DNA of 64,000 nucleotides from Candidatus Marinacidobacterales bacterium (GTDB lineage Bacteria > Acidobacteriota > Vicinamibacteria > Marinacidobacterales > DATDRI01), in the NCBI GenBank assembly GCA_965226495.1, contig OZ245365.1, positions 2,880,001 to 2,944,000 of the forward strand, in the 5' to 3' direction. A program made the translations under genes and the position numbers. Below the pieces are notes generated by a model. It worked only from the letters and a program-made list of their open reading frames with translations, searched no databases and was not told the origin of the DNA. Of this stretch, positions 50,520 through 60,600 are shown in pieces. How positions within the stretch are numbered: the stretch's first letter is position 1; every line of letters starts with the position of its first letter.

Positions 50520-52457
50520 TTACCAACCACCGCCGCCACCTCCCCCTCCCCCACCGCCCGAGCTTCCACCGCCACCTGACGAGCTGGATGAACTGGAACT
50601 GGCCGAAGTAGCGATGGCGCTCGACACGCTCTGGCCGAGACTGAAAGCGCCGCCTCCCGAGCTCCACGTTTCGTGGCCGTGGTAGGAGTGCAGGCGACTC
50701 GGAGTGCCCTCGTCGGGTTGGAGAACGGATGAGAGCTCCTTGGCCCAATCATTCTCGAGACCCATAGCGATCCCCCAAGGTAGGTGCTGATCGAATAGCG
50801 TCCACATTTGGTCGGTGCTCGGTGCCTGCAGGACACGGCTTGGCAGCGTGCCGCGCAACCACGCCTCGTAACCGTCCAGCTCGTCCAAGAGCGCCCTCCC
50901 CGCGGCGGTGGGAGCCTGAAGTAACTTCCAAAACACCACCGCGAGAACGAGATGGGCAACCAATGCCCCAGCGACCCAGAGGCCAGAGTTAGCGGCGAGA
51001 AGCCAAAACCCGAACGCCTCACCTACGAGAAAAGGAACAGAAAAAATACTGATAAAGACAGCGGCGAAGATCTTGAGTGGCCGGTAGGGCCCTCCGGAGC
51101 GCGCGCCTTTCCAAGCTCGCCAGGCCTCCCGAACGAGCATGATGACTCCGAGGCTCCATCCCGATAACCAAACCACCAAAAACGCCGATACTTCCATGTG
51201 TTGCCCGAGAAAAAGCGCCACCACCACACTCAGCAAAGAGATGATGAGTCCCGGAAGTACCCAAGCGCGATTGTTGAGGAACAGCTTACCGACCATTCGC
51301 TCTTTCAAATGAGCCCGGAACGACTGAGCGGATTTACGAATCCTCGAACGGTTGCTGCGACTCAGCGTCACAGACTCCCTGCTCTGGAGAAGAGAGGCTA
51401 CCAGCGTGCGCTCGTCTTCCTCGAGAACTCTTCCAGCATCGACGCTACCCCGCGAAACGGTAAACTCGCCGTTCGTTCGGTCCAGCTTAACGGCGTCCTT
51501 GTTCGCCGATGACACCAAGGCCGCGGCAAGGCAATTGTGATCGTAGCCCATGCGGCGAAGATAGCGCGCCGCGGCGGGAGAAAGATCCGGAGGGGAGGTG
51601 CGCGGAACCACCATACCGGGCTCGGGATCTTTTCCAACCTTGGCCCACGCCGCAAGATAGACGACCAGGCTCCCTAACAACCCCAAAAGCGCAACAACCG
51701 ACGGGAAGTTATCGCGCAGTAGCGCATCGCGTGTCTCTTGAGCGGAGGGACGTTGCACCGCGTCCGCGGGCCACAGGATGCCGATGGTGAAGCCTTCCCT
51801 GCGAGCCAGGGGCGTCGTGGTCTCCAGGTGAATCTCGTGTCTACTAGTAATGTTGCCAAGCTTCCAGTTTCGTGCCTTCGAGCCTTTGCGGCCCGTCCAG
51901 CCGCCGATCTCCAGCGCATCCCGTGAATAGCCTGCAGGCAGAACGACTCGGACACTCACCTGGTCAATCGGAAACTCCCAATCGTTCCCCGTCACGTTCC
52001 AATAAAGCTCGTCACGGAGGTCGTGGTGCAACAACCAGCCCGAGGTCTCGTAGGCAAGGGTGTACGTATAGCGTCCCTCGTCCAGTTGCTGGTTCGCCTG
52101 CCCGATATAGATCCGTTTGACGTCCCGCGAAAGGTCTCCGCTTGAATCCAAATGGTAGGGCTCCGAGTGACCGTCCCTAGCGACCCGGAGCACCGAAAAT
52201 CCATGAACCTTACGCATGCCGAATGTCGGGGATGAAACGACGGGGATGTCTCGATAGATGCCTCGCTTCATCTTCTTTCGGAGCGCGGTCACCTCAATGG
52301 TCTCCGTCACGAGAAGAACGCCATCTTGTCGGATCTCTATGTTGGCATCGAAGCGGTGAATGCGTTCCTCGGCAGCGTTCACTGGCGGCCCAACCAAGAG
52401 GGCCAGAGCGGCAAGCGCCCAGACGTATGCGCTTGGTTTTTCACGTGTCATCGACAA
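50520..52457 (-). CDS. DUF2207 domain membrane protein
   Basis: VTETI, RGIYRDIP, ELYWNVTG.DWEFPI, LPWGIAMG..W, terminal SGGGGGGGGGGGW. Confidence 0.9.
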   Translation of the reverse strand: MSMTREKPSAYVWALAALALLVGPPVNAAEERIHRFDANIEIRQDGVLLVTETIEVTALRKKMKRGIYRDIPVVSSPTFGMRKVHGFSVLRVARDGHSEPYHLDSSGDLSRDVKRIYIGQANQQLDEGRYTYTLAYETSGWLLHHDLRDELYWNVTGNDWEFPIDQVSVRVVLPAGYSRDALEIGGWTGRKGSKARNWKLGNITSRHEIHLETTTPLARREGFTIGILWPADAVQRPSAQETRDALLRDNFPSVVALLGLLGSLVVYLAAWAKVGKDPEPGMVVPRTSPPDLSPAAARYLRRMGYDHNCLAAALVSSANKDAVKLDRTNGEFTVSRGSVDAGRVLEEDERTLVASLLQSRESVTLSRSNRSRIRKSAQSFRAHLKERMVGKLFLNNRAWVLPGLIISLLSVVVALFLGQHMEVSAFLVVWLSGWSLGVIMLVREAWRAWKGARSGGPYRPLKIFAAVFISIFSVPFLVGEAFGFWLLAANSGLWVAGALVAHLVLAVVFWKLLQAPTAAGRALLDELDGYEAWLRGTLPSRVLQAPSTDQMWTLFDQHLPWGIAMGLENDWAKELSSVLQPDEGTPSRLHSYHGHETWSSGGGAFSLGQSVSSAIATSASSSSSSSSGGGGSSGGGGGGGGGGGW

Positions 52458-52501
52458 ACAACTCCTAGGTGCGGAAAACGAGCACTCTGCTGCTTGGATT
52501 G

Positions 52502-52873
52502 CTTTGTTAACATTTTAAGCTCTATCGCCTCAGGGGCAAAGCCCCTTCCCGTTGACTTCCCTACGTGGATGCGACATTCTCCCGCTCGTGCCAGCGGACA
52601 ATTCGATCTACGACACGCTGGACGATTGGTGGGACCCGACCGGCTCGGTGGCGGGCATTCACGCCATGAACCCGGCCCGTGCCGGCTATTTCCGTGGCGT
52701 GCTGCAGGCACGGCTCGGGCGCGATTTGTCGGGGGTGAGAGTCTTGGACGTCGGTTGTGGGGGAGGACTCCTCACCGAAGAATTGCTTCGGCTCGGAGCG
52801 ATCGCAATCGGCGTCGACCAGGCTGAAGCGGCGGTCCGGTGCGCGACTTTGTTAACATTTTAAGCTCTATCGC
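52502..52873 (+). repeat. 27-bp exact direct repeat: 52502-52528 (intergenic) and 52847-52873 (inside ubiG)
   Basis: CTTTGTTAACATTTTAAGCTCTATCGC at both positions. Confidence 0.95.
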
Positions 52874-53407
52874 GCCCACGCGCACTCGGGTAGCTTGTGT
52901 CCCAGGTATGTACGAGCTAGAGGCGAGCAGTTACCGTTCGAGGATGGCTCCTTCCCTGCCGTGATGACCAGCGACTTTCTCGAGCATGTCGACGACTTGA
53001 CCTCGGTCATCCAGGAATCCGCGCGCGTTCTAGCACCGGGCGGCTTGTTTCTGTACGACACGATCAACCGGACATGGCTGACGCGCATCTTTCACATCGG
53101 TGTGCTCCAAGAGTGGAGAAGGCTGGTTCCAGAAGGCACGCATGATTGGCGGCAATTCATCAGGCCGTGCGAGCTCGAAGCGGCGATGAAGAAAGCAGAT
53201 CTTCGTCCCGTGGAAACGCTCGGCCTCTTCCCGGTCTCCCCCGTTCGCTTCGCGTTGCATCTCCTCAGGCACAAAAGGGATCGAGACACCATGCCCGCCT
53301 TTCGTATCGGCTCTTGGACCGCCGGCAGTTACGTTGGCTACGGCGTCAAAGAGGTTGGAGAGATTAGCTATAATGACTCTTCGCCCCCCGGAGGAAGACA
53401 TGGCTGA
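52588..53407 (+). pseudogene. ubiG: UbiG-like O-methyltransferase disrupted by a 25-nt insertion (52846-52870)
   Basis: WWDPTG..HAMNPAR, VLDVGCGGGLL, LEHV, TINRT, GTHDWRQFI. Removing 25 nt restores AVRCARAHAH in one frame. Confidence 0.85.
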
Positions 53408-54048
53408 AAAGTTCAAGTCTGATATCCCTGAAAGCGAAGTCACCCCACGGGAGTTCTTTTTTAATTGAAGGAACTTCCTCAGCGCGCTGGGGCTCGGCGT
53501 CTTCGCGGCTCCCTGGGCGTGTCGCTCCGCGAACGGCGGAGAGGAAGAAACCGGGAAGGTGACCCCACCCTTTCAGCGACCGGAAATGTTTCCGGCTGAA
53601 GCCAATCGAACCATCGAACTTCCCTCTAGCCTCGAACGCACCGAGCTCACACCACGAGATGTGGCGGCCTCCTTCAACAATTTCTACGAGTTCATTCCGG
53701 GCGGCGGCGGACCGGTTTGGGAGTTCGTCGAAAAATTCCGGGTCGATCCCTGGAAGGTCGTATCGCAGCCAAATGCCTGGAGCAAAAGACTCACCATGGA
53801 TCGAGCTGGTAAAGAAGCAGCCCAAGACGTTTTGGCAAATCCAACCCCACGAGTACGGGTTCCTCTCCAATATCAATCCCAACATCCCGCACCCTCGTTG
53901 GAGCCAGATGGAGTCGCATTGGCTGGATACCCGCGACCGTTTCCCGACTGCGATCTTCAACGGCTATGAGAAATATGTTACCGCTCTCTACCCCGATGAA
54001 CCCAGAACTCCGCAGGCGCCATTGAGAGAGGGCCAAACCGCCCGCTAA
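53400..54048 (+). pseudogene. msrP: MsrP (YedY) methionine-sulfoxide reductase remnant
   Basis: SEVTPREFFFN*RNFL (Tat RR motif hit by TGA), FNNFYEF, DPWKV, then a jump to QPKTFW...EYGFLSNINPNIPHPRWSQ...FNGY. The Mo-ligating Cys core is absent and no msrQ follows. Confidence 0.88.
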
Positions 54049-54079
54049 CAGGCAGGCGCCTACAGCAGAGCCCTCGGTA

Positions 54080-54123
54080 AGAAAAGGAAAGGGCTCGGAG
54101 CCTTAGACGTTGACGCCGAGCCC
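54080..54123 (-). terminator. Probable terminator for the TPR gene
   Basis: GGGCTCGG...CCGAGCCC stem followed by a T-rich run on the minus strand. Confidence 0.6.
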
Positions 54124-54143
54124 GATGAAGCGGGAGGTCGTTG

Positions 54144-55802
54144 CTAATTGACCTTTTCGCCCTTGGCCAACGCCTCGACCCGCGGTTGAAGGTTGGGGTC
54201 GCTCACGCCCAACTCGACCGCCTTGTTGTAATTCTCCTGGACGGCGGCCACGATGGCTTCATCCCCGTCACACGGACAGCCCGGCTTGATCATTCCGAAG
54301 TTGGCCCATGCGAGCGCGACGTACGGAGCCCCCCAGTTCGATGGGGCCGCTTCGGCGCAGCGCTTGAGCGTCTCCTGCGCTCCTGTATAGTCTTGTTTGG
54401 CGAGCTGTACGCGCCCGAGGTTATACAGGCCCACCGGGTTCTTGTAATCGGGAGAGCTGGCGGCCTTCGTCAGTGCGGCCAGCGCCTCATCCACTCGTTG
54501 GCTAGCGAAGAGCGCGGCACCATAGTCGGTCAGGAAATCCGCGTTGTCCGGCTCCAGTTCCACCGCTTTTTGTAGGGAGGGCATGGCGCCGGCGGCGTCT
54601 TGTTTCTTGTTGAGCAGGGCCTTACCGCGTTCAAAGTGCGCGGTTCCCATGCTCGCGTCGATCGCCAAGGCAGCATCGAACTCCGCGATGCCCGGATCGA
54701 TTTGATCCTGCGCCACGAGAGCCAACCCCAGGAGGTAGTGAAGGTCCGCGGAGCTCGAATTCGCCTCGAGCGCCGCCTTGAGGAACTCCGCCGCCCCATA
54801 AGCGTCGCCCTTGTCGATCGAGAGCTTGGCCGCCTTGACGGCGGCATCGGTCGCGCCCGGATTCAACTCCACCGCCTTCTTGTAGTAATTGACGGCCATG
54901 TCGAGATTACCCTGCTTTTCGTACACTTCGGCAAAGGCGAGTTGCGAAGCAAAATCATTCGGGTCGACGGTGACGGCCATCGCCAGGTCGGAGTACGCTG
55001 AGTCGGTCTCACCGCGAGCGTTGTTTGCAATACCTCGAACGGCGTAGGCTCGCGTGAGTTTGCTGTTGAGCTCGATGGCCTTCGTCGCCGCCGCCACCGC
55101 CCCGTCGTAGTCTTTCTTGGACAACATGATGTCCGCCATACCGACGTGCGCCTCGGCGAGAGACGCGTCGATCGCCAAAGCCTTGTTGAAGGCACCTTCT
55201 GCTCCCGCTGCATCGCCAGTTCCTAGCAGCGCCACACCCAAGGAGGCCTGCGCGATGGCATTGTCCGGCGCCAAACCGATGGCCTTTTCCGCAGCCCCCA
55301 CCGCCTCTGCATATTGACCGGTCTTGGCTAAGCTCATAGCGAGGTACACGTGGGCGTCGGTGTTGGAAGGATCGGCGGCGATGGCTTTGGGTGCCGACAT
55401 GGCCGCTTCCTGGTACTTCCCGAGCGTAACGTAGGCCTCCGTCAACCCAGCATACGCCTCCGCCTGGTCCTTGCCTTCTGTGTGCTCCGCCGCCAGTGCA
55501 AAGGCACTTGCCGAGTTCTCTATCTCGCCGAGCTCTTTGTATAAGCGCCCCAGCTTCAGCTGCGCCTCACCGTTGTCAGGATAGTCGACGGCGATGGTGT
55601 AGTAGTATCTCCCGCCTTCGGCAAGCTTGCCGTCTTTGACCAGCTTGTCGCCCTTGCGCATGTATTCCCCGACTTGCTTACTGGTGAGGGGTTTACGTTC
55701 CTCTTTTTTTTGTTCTTCCTGCGACTGCGCGGTTGGTGATACGAAAATGAGGGCCAAGGCAGCAACGAACGCGGCCGGTATCCACGTCGGACGAAATCTC
55801 AT
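54144..55802 (-). CDS. Secreted tetratricopeptide-repeat protein
   Basis: Signal peptide; numerous A..YKKAVELNP-type TPR units; GGAGG RBS. Confidence 0.92.
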   Translation of the reverse strand: MRFRPTWIPAAFVAALALIFVSPTAQSQEEQKKEERKPLTSKQVGEYMRKGDKLVKDGKLAEGGRYYYTIAVDYPDNGEAQLKLGRLYKELGEIENSASAFALAAEHTEGKDQAEAYAGLTEAYVTLGKYQEAAMSAPKAIAADPSNTDAHVYLAMSLAKTGQYAEAVGAAEKAIGLAPDNAIAQASLGVALLGTGDAAGAEGAFNKALAIDASLAEAHVGMADIMLSKKDYDGAVAAATKAIELNSKLTRAYAVRGIANNARGETDSAYSDLAMAVTVDPNDFASQLAFAEVYEKQGNLDMAVNYYKKAVELNPGATDAAVKAAKLSIDKGDAYGAAEFLKAALEANSSSADLHYLLGLALVAQDQIDPGIAEFDAALAIDASMGTAHFERGKALLNKKQDAAGAMPSLQKAVELEPDNADFLTDYGAALFASQRVDEALAALTKAASSPDYKNPVGLYNLGRVQLAKQDYTGAQETLKRCAEAAPSNWGAPYVALAWANFGMIKPGCPCDGDEAIVAAVQENYNKAVELGVSDPNLQPRVEALAKGEKVN

Positions 55803-55954
55803 GACTTCCTCCCTTTCGGGTTGTATATGGCGTCCCCAGGGGCGTCTGGGTCCAGGAATCCTACTGGGTGCGGATTCTAATCCACACGAGGCGAGGGTTC
55901 AAGCGTCCAACTCGACACGAGGGGGCTCCCAAGGCGAACCCGCTCCGAGACAGC

Positions 55955-56689
55955 TTAACCGGAGGCAAGCAAAGCCATAATCAAGATGGCGGCGATGCCG
56001 GCCAGAAAAAGAGCGAGCCCCAGGGTCGCCTGCCATTTGCCGAGGTTGATGGCGTAGCCAAGACCCAACCGATTCTCCACGAATATCGAAGGGTCGTCTC
56101 GATTAATGTAGAACAGCCCGTATTTCCAGTGCCGGCTGTCCGTTGTTGCCTGCCTAGGCGCCCCAGAATACTTGACCAGGATCACGACCACTCCCACCAA
56201 GACGTAGACCCCCATGGCAACGGCGAAAAAGAGGAAGGCGGTGGGTAAGCGATCGGCTTGACCGAGTCCAACCTGGATCGCTCCGTACGAGAGCAAGGAG
56301 AGCATCCCGGTGACGAGGATCGACACGCCCGACAGGAAGGTAGTCACAACGGATCGAAAGCGCTCCTGGGCGATGACCGACGCGCCGCCATCGTCGATCC
56401 GAATGGCCTGCTTGGCGTTCGCGATCAGGTAGGCGATGAGCGCCATCGCCGGGCCAAGGAAGAGAGTCGTAATCGGCAAGAGCATCACAGATGCGAAAGA
56501 ACGCGGAGCCCACCCGTCCGGCTGACCACTACCACCAAAGTGAATGGGCACCTGTTCCGGGAGAAGATCGTAATGGGTCGCAGCATAGGAGAAGACGAGA
56601 GCTCCCGCGCCAAGGGTAGCCACGAACGCGAATAGGGGAAATGCGGTGGGAGCCATCACCGCCGTCGGCGGCTGGCCTGGTGGGTCCAT
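55955..56689 (-). CDS. DUF1648/DUF5808 membrane protein
   Basis: LPEQVPIHFGGSGQPDGW; HWKYGLFYINRDDPSIFVENRLGLGYAINLG. Confidence 0.88.
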   Translation of the reverse strand: MDPPGQPPTAVMAPTAFPLFAFVATLGAGALVFSYAATHYDLLPEQVPIHFGGSGQPDGWAPRSFASVMLLPITTLFLGPAMALIAYLIANAKQAIRIDDGGASVIAQERFRSVVTTFLSGVSILVTGMLSLLSYGAIQVGLGQADRLPTAFLFFAVAMGVYVLVGVVVILVKYSGAPRQATTDSRHWKYGLFYINRDDPSIFVENRLGLGYAINLGKWQATLGLALFLAGIAAILIMALLASG

Positions 56690-56703
56690 AGCCGTGTTCT
56701 CGA

Positions 56704-57471
56704 CTACTTTTTTTTCTCGGTGAAGTTGACCATCATCTTCACTTCACCCGCTTCAACGGAGCCGGTAATAGAGACGGTGCGCCCATCATCGGTTGACCTC
56801 GCGATGAGAATTGCGCCGCTGGGCATCGTCGTCCGCTGCGCCATCTCCAGCCCGGCCCCCTCGAGCTCCGCGGCGTAGTAGTCCAGCACGGTTTCTAGGT
56901 CGTCCCCGGTTTGCACGACATAGGCCCCCATCTCACCGTCTGGAGTCTCGGTAAAGAAAGTGCCTTCCGCTGTAGTGCCCGGATAGACTGGCAACCAGTT
57001 TGGAAACTTTTCGAGACCCACGCCGCTTCCCATGATCGCGGTGCCGTCATCACCGGTCACGGTGAGCCTCCCCTCCTCGCCGCTCGCGTCCACATCGTAA
57101 GTACCCTCATCCGACGTGAAACTGAATTTACCTTCCTCGATATCCTTATAGTTGAAGGTGAACTCTTCACCGGTCTTGCTATTCAAGAAGATGACGGTCT
57201 GCGCCTCCTCGTCGGCGGCAACGAGCTCCACATCAGGATTCGTTGCAGCGATGAGCCTCGCTGTCGCCAGCACGGGATTGTCTTCCATTTCTTGGACGAC
57301 GTTCTTGGCCTTCTTGAAAATGAAGACACCTCCCACGAACGTCGCGATTCCCGCCAGCACTAGAATGCCCGCGCAACCAATGGCGATCCAGGCCACCGGG
57401 CTCAATCCTTTTCGATCCGATTGCGCCCCCCTTCGGGGATCCCTAGGACGTCCAGCCTGTCCGTTCGTCAT
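56704..57471 (-). CDS. Single-pass membrane hypothetical protein
   Basis: AAGGAG RBS; WIAIGCAG TM helix; FPNWLPVYPG, VLDYY..LE..G. Confidence 0.8.
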   Translation of the reverse strand: MTNGQAGRPRDPRRGAQSDRKGLSPVAWIAIGCAGILVLAGIATFVGGVFIFKKAKNVVQEMEDNPVLATARLIAATNPDVELVAADEEAQTVIFLNSKTGEEFTFNYKDIEEGKFSFTSDEGTYDVDASGEEGRLTVTGDDGTAIMGSGVGLEKFPNWLPVYPGTTAEGTFFTETPDGEMGAYVVQTGDDLETVLDYYAAELEGAGLEMAQRTTMPSGAILIARSTDDGRTVSITGSVEAGEVKMMVNFTEKKK

Positions 57472-57541
57472 GGTGTTGCTCTCCTTTCGGAAGACTCGAG
57501 CGAAGTAGCTCATCATAACAATCACTACCAAGCAACGGGTA

Positions 57542-57602
57542 AATAATCAGGTTCATCCGGGGATTCCATCTCGCGGGACAGGCCAGGATGAACCAATAAT
57601 CA
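57542..57602. mobile_element. 45-bp miniature inverted-repeat element (57550-57594) with 8-bp TSD
   Basis: AATAATCA | GGTTCATCC...GGATGAACC | AATAATCA. Confidence 0.75.
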
Positions 57603-57645
57603 TCGATGCGATTCGGACCAACCGCTGATACCATCTACGCATCGA

Positions 57646-60600
57646 ATGCCAGAAGGACAGATCTTCCAGTCCCCTTCTGCCGCTCGTCGTGTCACCGAAG
57701 TCACCGATTGGCTCGATCGGCACGCCCGAGGGGGAGAGGTACTCATTCTCTGCTCTCAACTCGAGGCAGGTGACCACCTAGTCCGGGCCCTCGCTTCCCA
57801 ACGTGGTTCCCTCAACGGGCTCCGCCGACTCACTGTAAATGCGTTCGCCTATCAGTTAGCGCTGCCACAGCTAGTAGAAGCAGGGCTTGCCACACACAGC
57901 CGCCTAGGTCAGCAAGCTCTCGCGGCAAGAGTCGCGCACGAGGCGAGGGCGGAAGGTGACCTCGGAGTATTCTCTGTAGTCGCCCACGGACCCGGGTTCG
58001 CTCGTGCCCTCGCGACCACTTTGAACGAGCTTCGTCTGCACGAAGTCGAACCAGCCCAGTTGTCGGCTGCCGGCGAGACGGGGCCGAGCCTTGCCGAGCT
58101 CCTCAAACGCTATGAGAAAGGGGCATTGTCGGCCGGAGTCGCCGATCGCACCGACGTACTGCGTGCCGCCACCCGCGCCGCGGAGTCAACGACGCGATCT
58201 CCCTTAGGGCTGCCTACGGTGTTATTCGACGTACCGATCACGACTCCGGTGGAGGCACATTTCATCGCATCCGTCGCGCGCGGGGCTTCACGGGTGTTGG
58301 CCACCGTGCCCGCAGGCGATGAAACAACACTCCAAGCGCTGGAAAAGGCGCTCACTGTGGCACCGGAGGTTGCCTACGCCGGTGACGACTCGTCCGATGC
58401 GGTCAAACAACTTCAGCGTTATGTCTTCAGTGGCTCCGCTCCTCCGGCCGCCCCGGACGAACAGAACGTGGTGGTTCTGTCGGCTCCCGGTGAGGCCCAA
58501 GAAGCGGTGGAACTGGCGCGATGTATCCAGTCCGAAGCCGCGAGCGGCGTCCGCTTCGACTCGATGGCGATTCTTTTGCGGTCACCGGAGATCTACACAC
58601 CACTCATAGAAGACGCTCTGGCTCGCGCCGGAGTTCCCGCCTACTTCGAGACCGGTAGCCAGAGACCCGCGCCTGCGGGTCGAGCCTTCCTCGCTCTGCT
58701 CGACTGCGCGGCGGAAGAGCTAAGTGCCTCCCGCTTTGCCGAATATCTGTCGCTCGGACAGCTTCCCGATCTAAACGAAGAGGGCGGGCCAGCGGCGCTT
58801 CCGGAAGTGCCTTGGAGCCCCCCACAACACGAACTGGCTCCTCCGCCACCCGAGGGCTATAGCGAGCCCCTGCAGCTCGACCTATTCGCGGCACCGGAGC
58901 GAGTCGCCGAACCCGAGGGACTCCCGGCCATCGAAGGGACTCTCCGCGCACCGTGGCGATGGGAGAGACTACTGGTCGACGCTGCCGTCATCGGGGGACG
59001 GGATCGCTGGGAACGAAGGCTTTCCGGACTAGCTCGAGAGATTCAAGCGCGGATCGGAGAAGTCGACGATCCGGGTGGCAGTGATGCGGCGACGCTCGAG
59101 CGCCAGATTGAGGATCTCGAGCATCTGAAAGCCTTCGCGCTTCCCGTGATCGGCCTGCTTGCGGATTTCCCCGAGAAAGCCAGCTGGGGAAGGTGGCTCG
59201 ACGTTCTCGAGCACCTAGCTTCGCGCGTCTTGGGCTCGCCGGAAGGCGTGTTGTCTCTTCTCAAAGAGATTCGACCGATGGCATCGGTGGGGCCGGTCGA
59301 CCTTTTCGAAGTGCGCGAAGTCTTGAACGAGAGGCTCACCCTTCTGTCCCAAGACCCTCCTCACTATCGTTATGGACGAGTCTGGGTCGCTCCCATCGAA
59401 GCAGTCCGGGGACTGAGTTTCGATGTCGTGCTCGTGCCGGGTCTCGCCGAAAGGATGTTCCCGCGGAAGATCGTCGAAGACCCACTGCTCTTGGATGTGG
59501 ACCGACGAAAGCTCGATGCGAGCCTCCCGCTTCAAGAAGACCGTGTTTCCCAGGAACGGCTGGCACTGCGTTTGGCGGCGGGGGCAGCCAAGCGAAAGAT
59601 CGTGTTTAGCTACCCCTCGATCGATCTCCAAAAGGGTCGCTCCAAAGTGCCGTCCTTTTACTTGCTGGAGGTGTTGAGAGCCAGCGAGGGAACCCTCCCG
59701 GACTTCGAGTCCCTAGAACGCGACGCTGCCGATTCCTCTGGGGCGCGCTTGGGGTGGCCGGCACCGAGAGAGTCATCGCACGCTATCGACGAAACAGAAC
59801 ACGACCTCGCCTTCCTTTCCGATGCCTTGCGGCAAGACACACCAAAAGAGCTCGCGCAAGGCACGGGAAGATACCTCATGAACGTCAACGATGCGCTCAC
59901 GCGATCGCTTCGCACTCGCTATCAGCGCGGTCGACCGCGTTTCACGTCGGTCGACGGTTTTCTCGAGCCTTCGACTGATTCCAAGAAGTTCCTGGCAAAC
60001 CATCGCTTCGGCACGCGCGCGTTCTCGGTGACCGCCTTGGAGCGCTTCGCGGCCTGTCCCTATCGGTTTTTTCTGAACGCCATCTTGAGACTCCGGCCGC
60101 GAGAAACGGTCGAGCAAATCACTCACCTCGATCCGATGACCTACGGCCGAATCTTCCATGTTGCCCAATACGAGATCCTGACGACACTCGGGAAGGAAGG
60201 GCTCTCGCCCGTTCGCCCCGACAACCTGGCCGCGGTGCTCGAATCGAGCGAGAGAGTGTTCAACCAGGTAGCCGCAAAGTTCAACGATGAGCTAGCCCCC
60301 GCAATCGAGCGTATCTGGCGAGACGAGCTGACCCGCATTCGTACCGACCTACGGGGTTGGCTCCGCAAGGAGTCCGAGGCCCCCGGTGGTTGGGTACCGC
60401 ATCGATTCGAGTTTACGTTCGGAATGAAGCCGCAAGGGCCCGCCGATCCGGCGAGCGTCCTGGAGGAAGCGGTGCTAGCGAGCGGGCTTCGACTCCGGGG
60501 TGCCATCGACCTCGTCGAGAAGCGAGAAGATGGCAAGGTGAGGGTCACGGATTACAAGAGTGGCCGCGTGCGGGTGCCGGAAGGCGCGGTCTTGTACGGA

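Noticed and set aside
18543-53469. TGA recoding (Sec, Trp or Gly) suggested by in-frame TGAs in SSS and msrP
   Set aside because: TGA terminates many intact genes here, the msrP TGA replaces an Arg in a gene that is also deleted, and no SECIS was seen.
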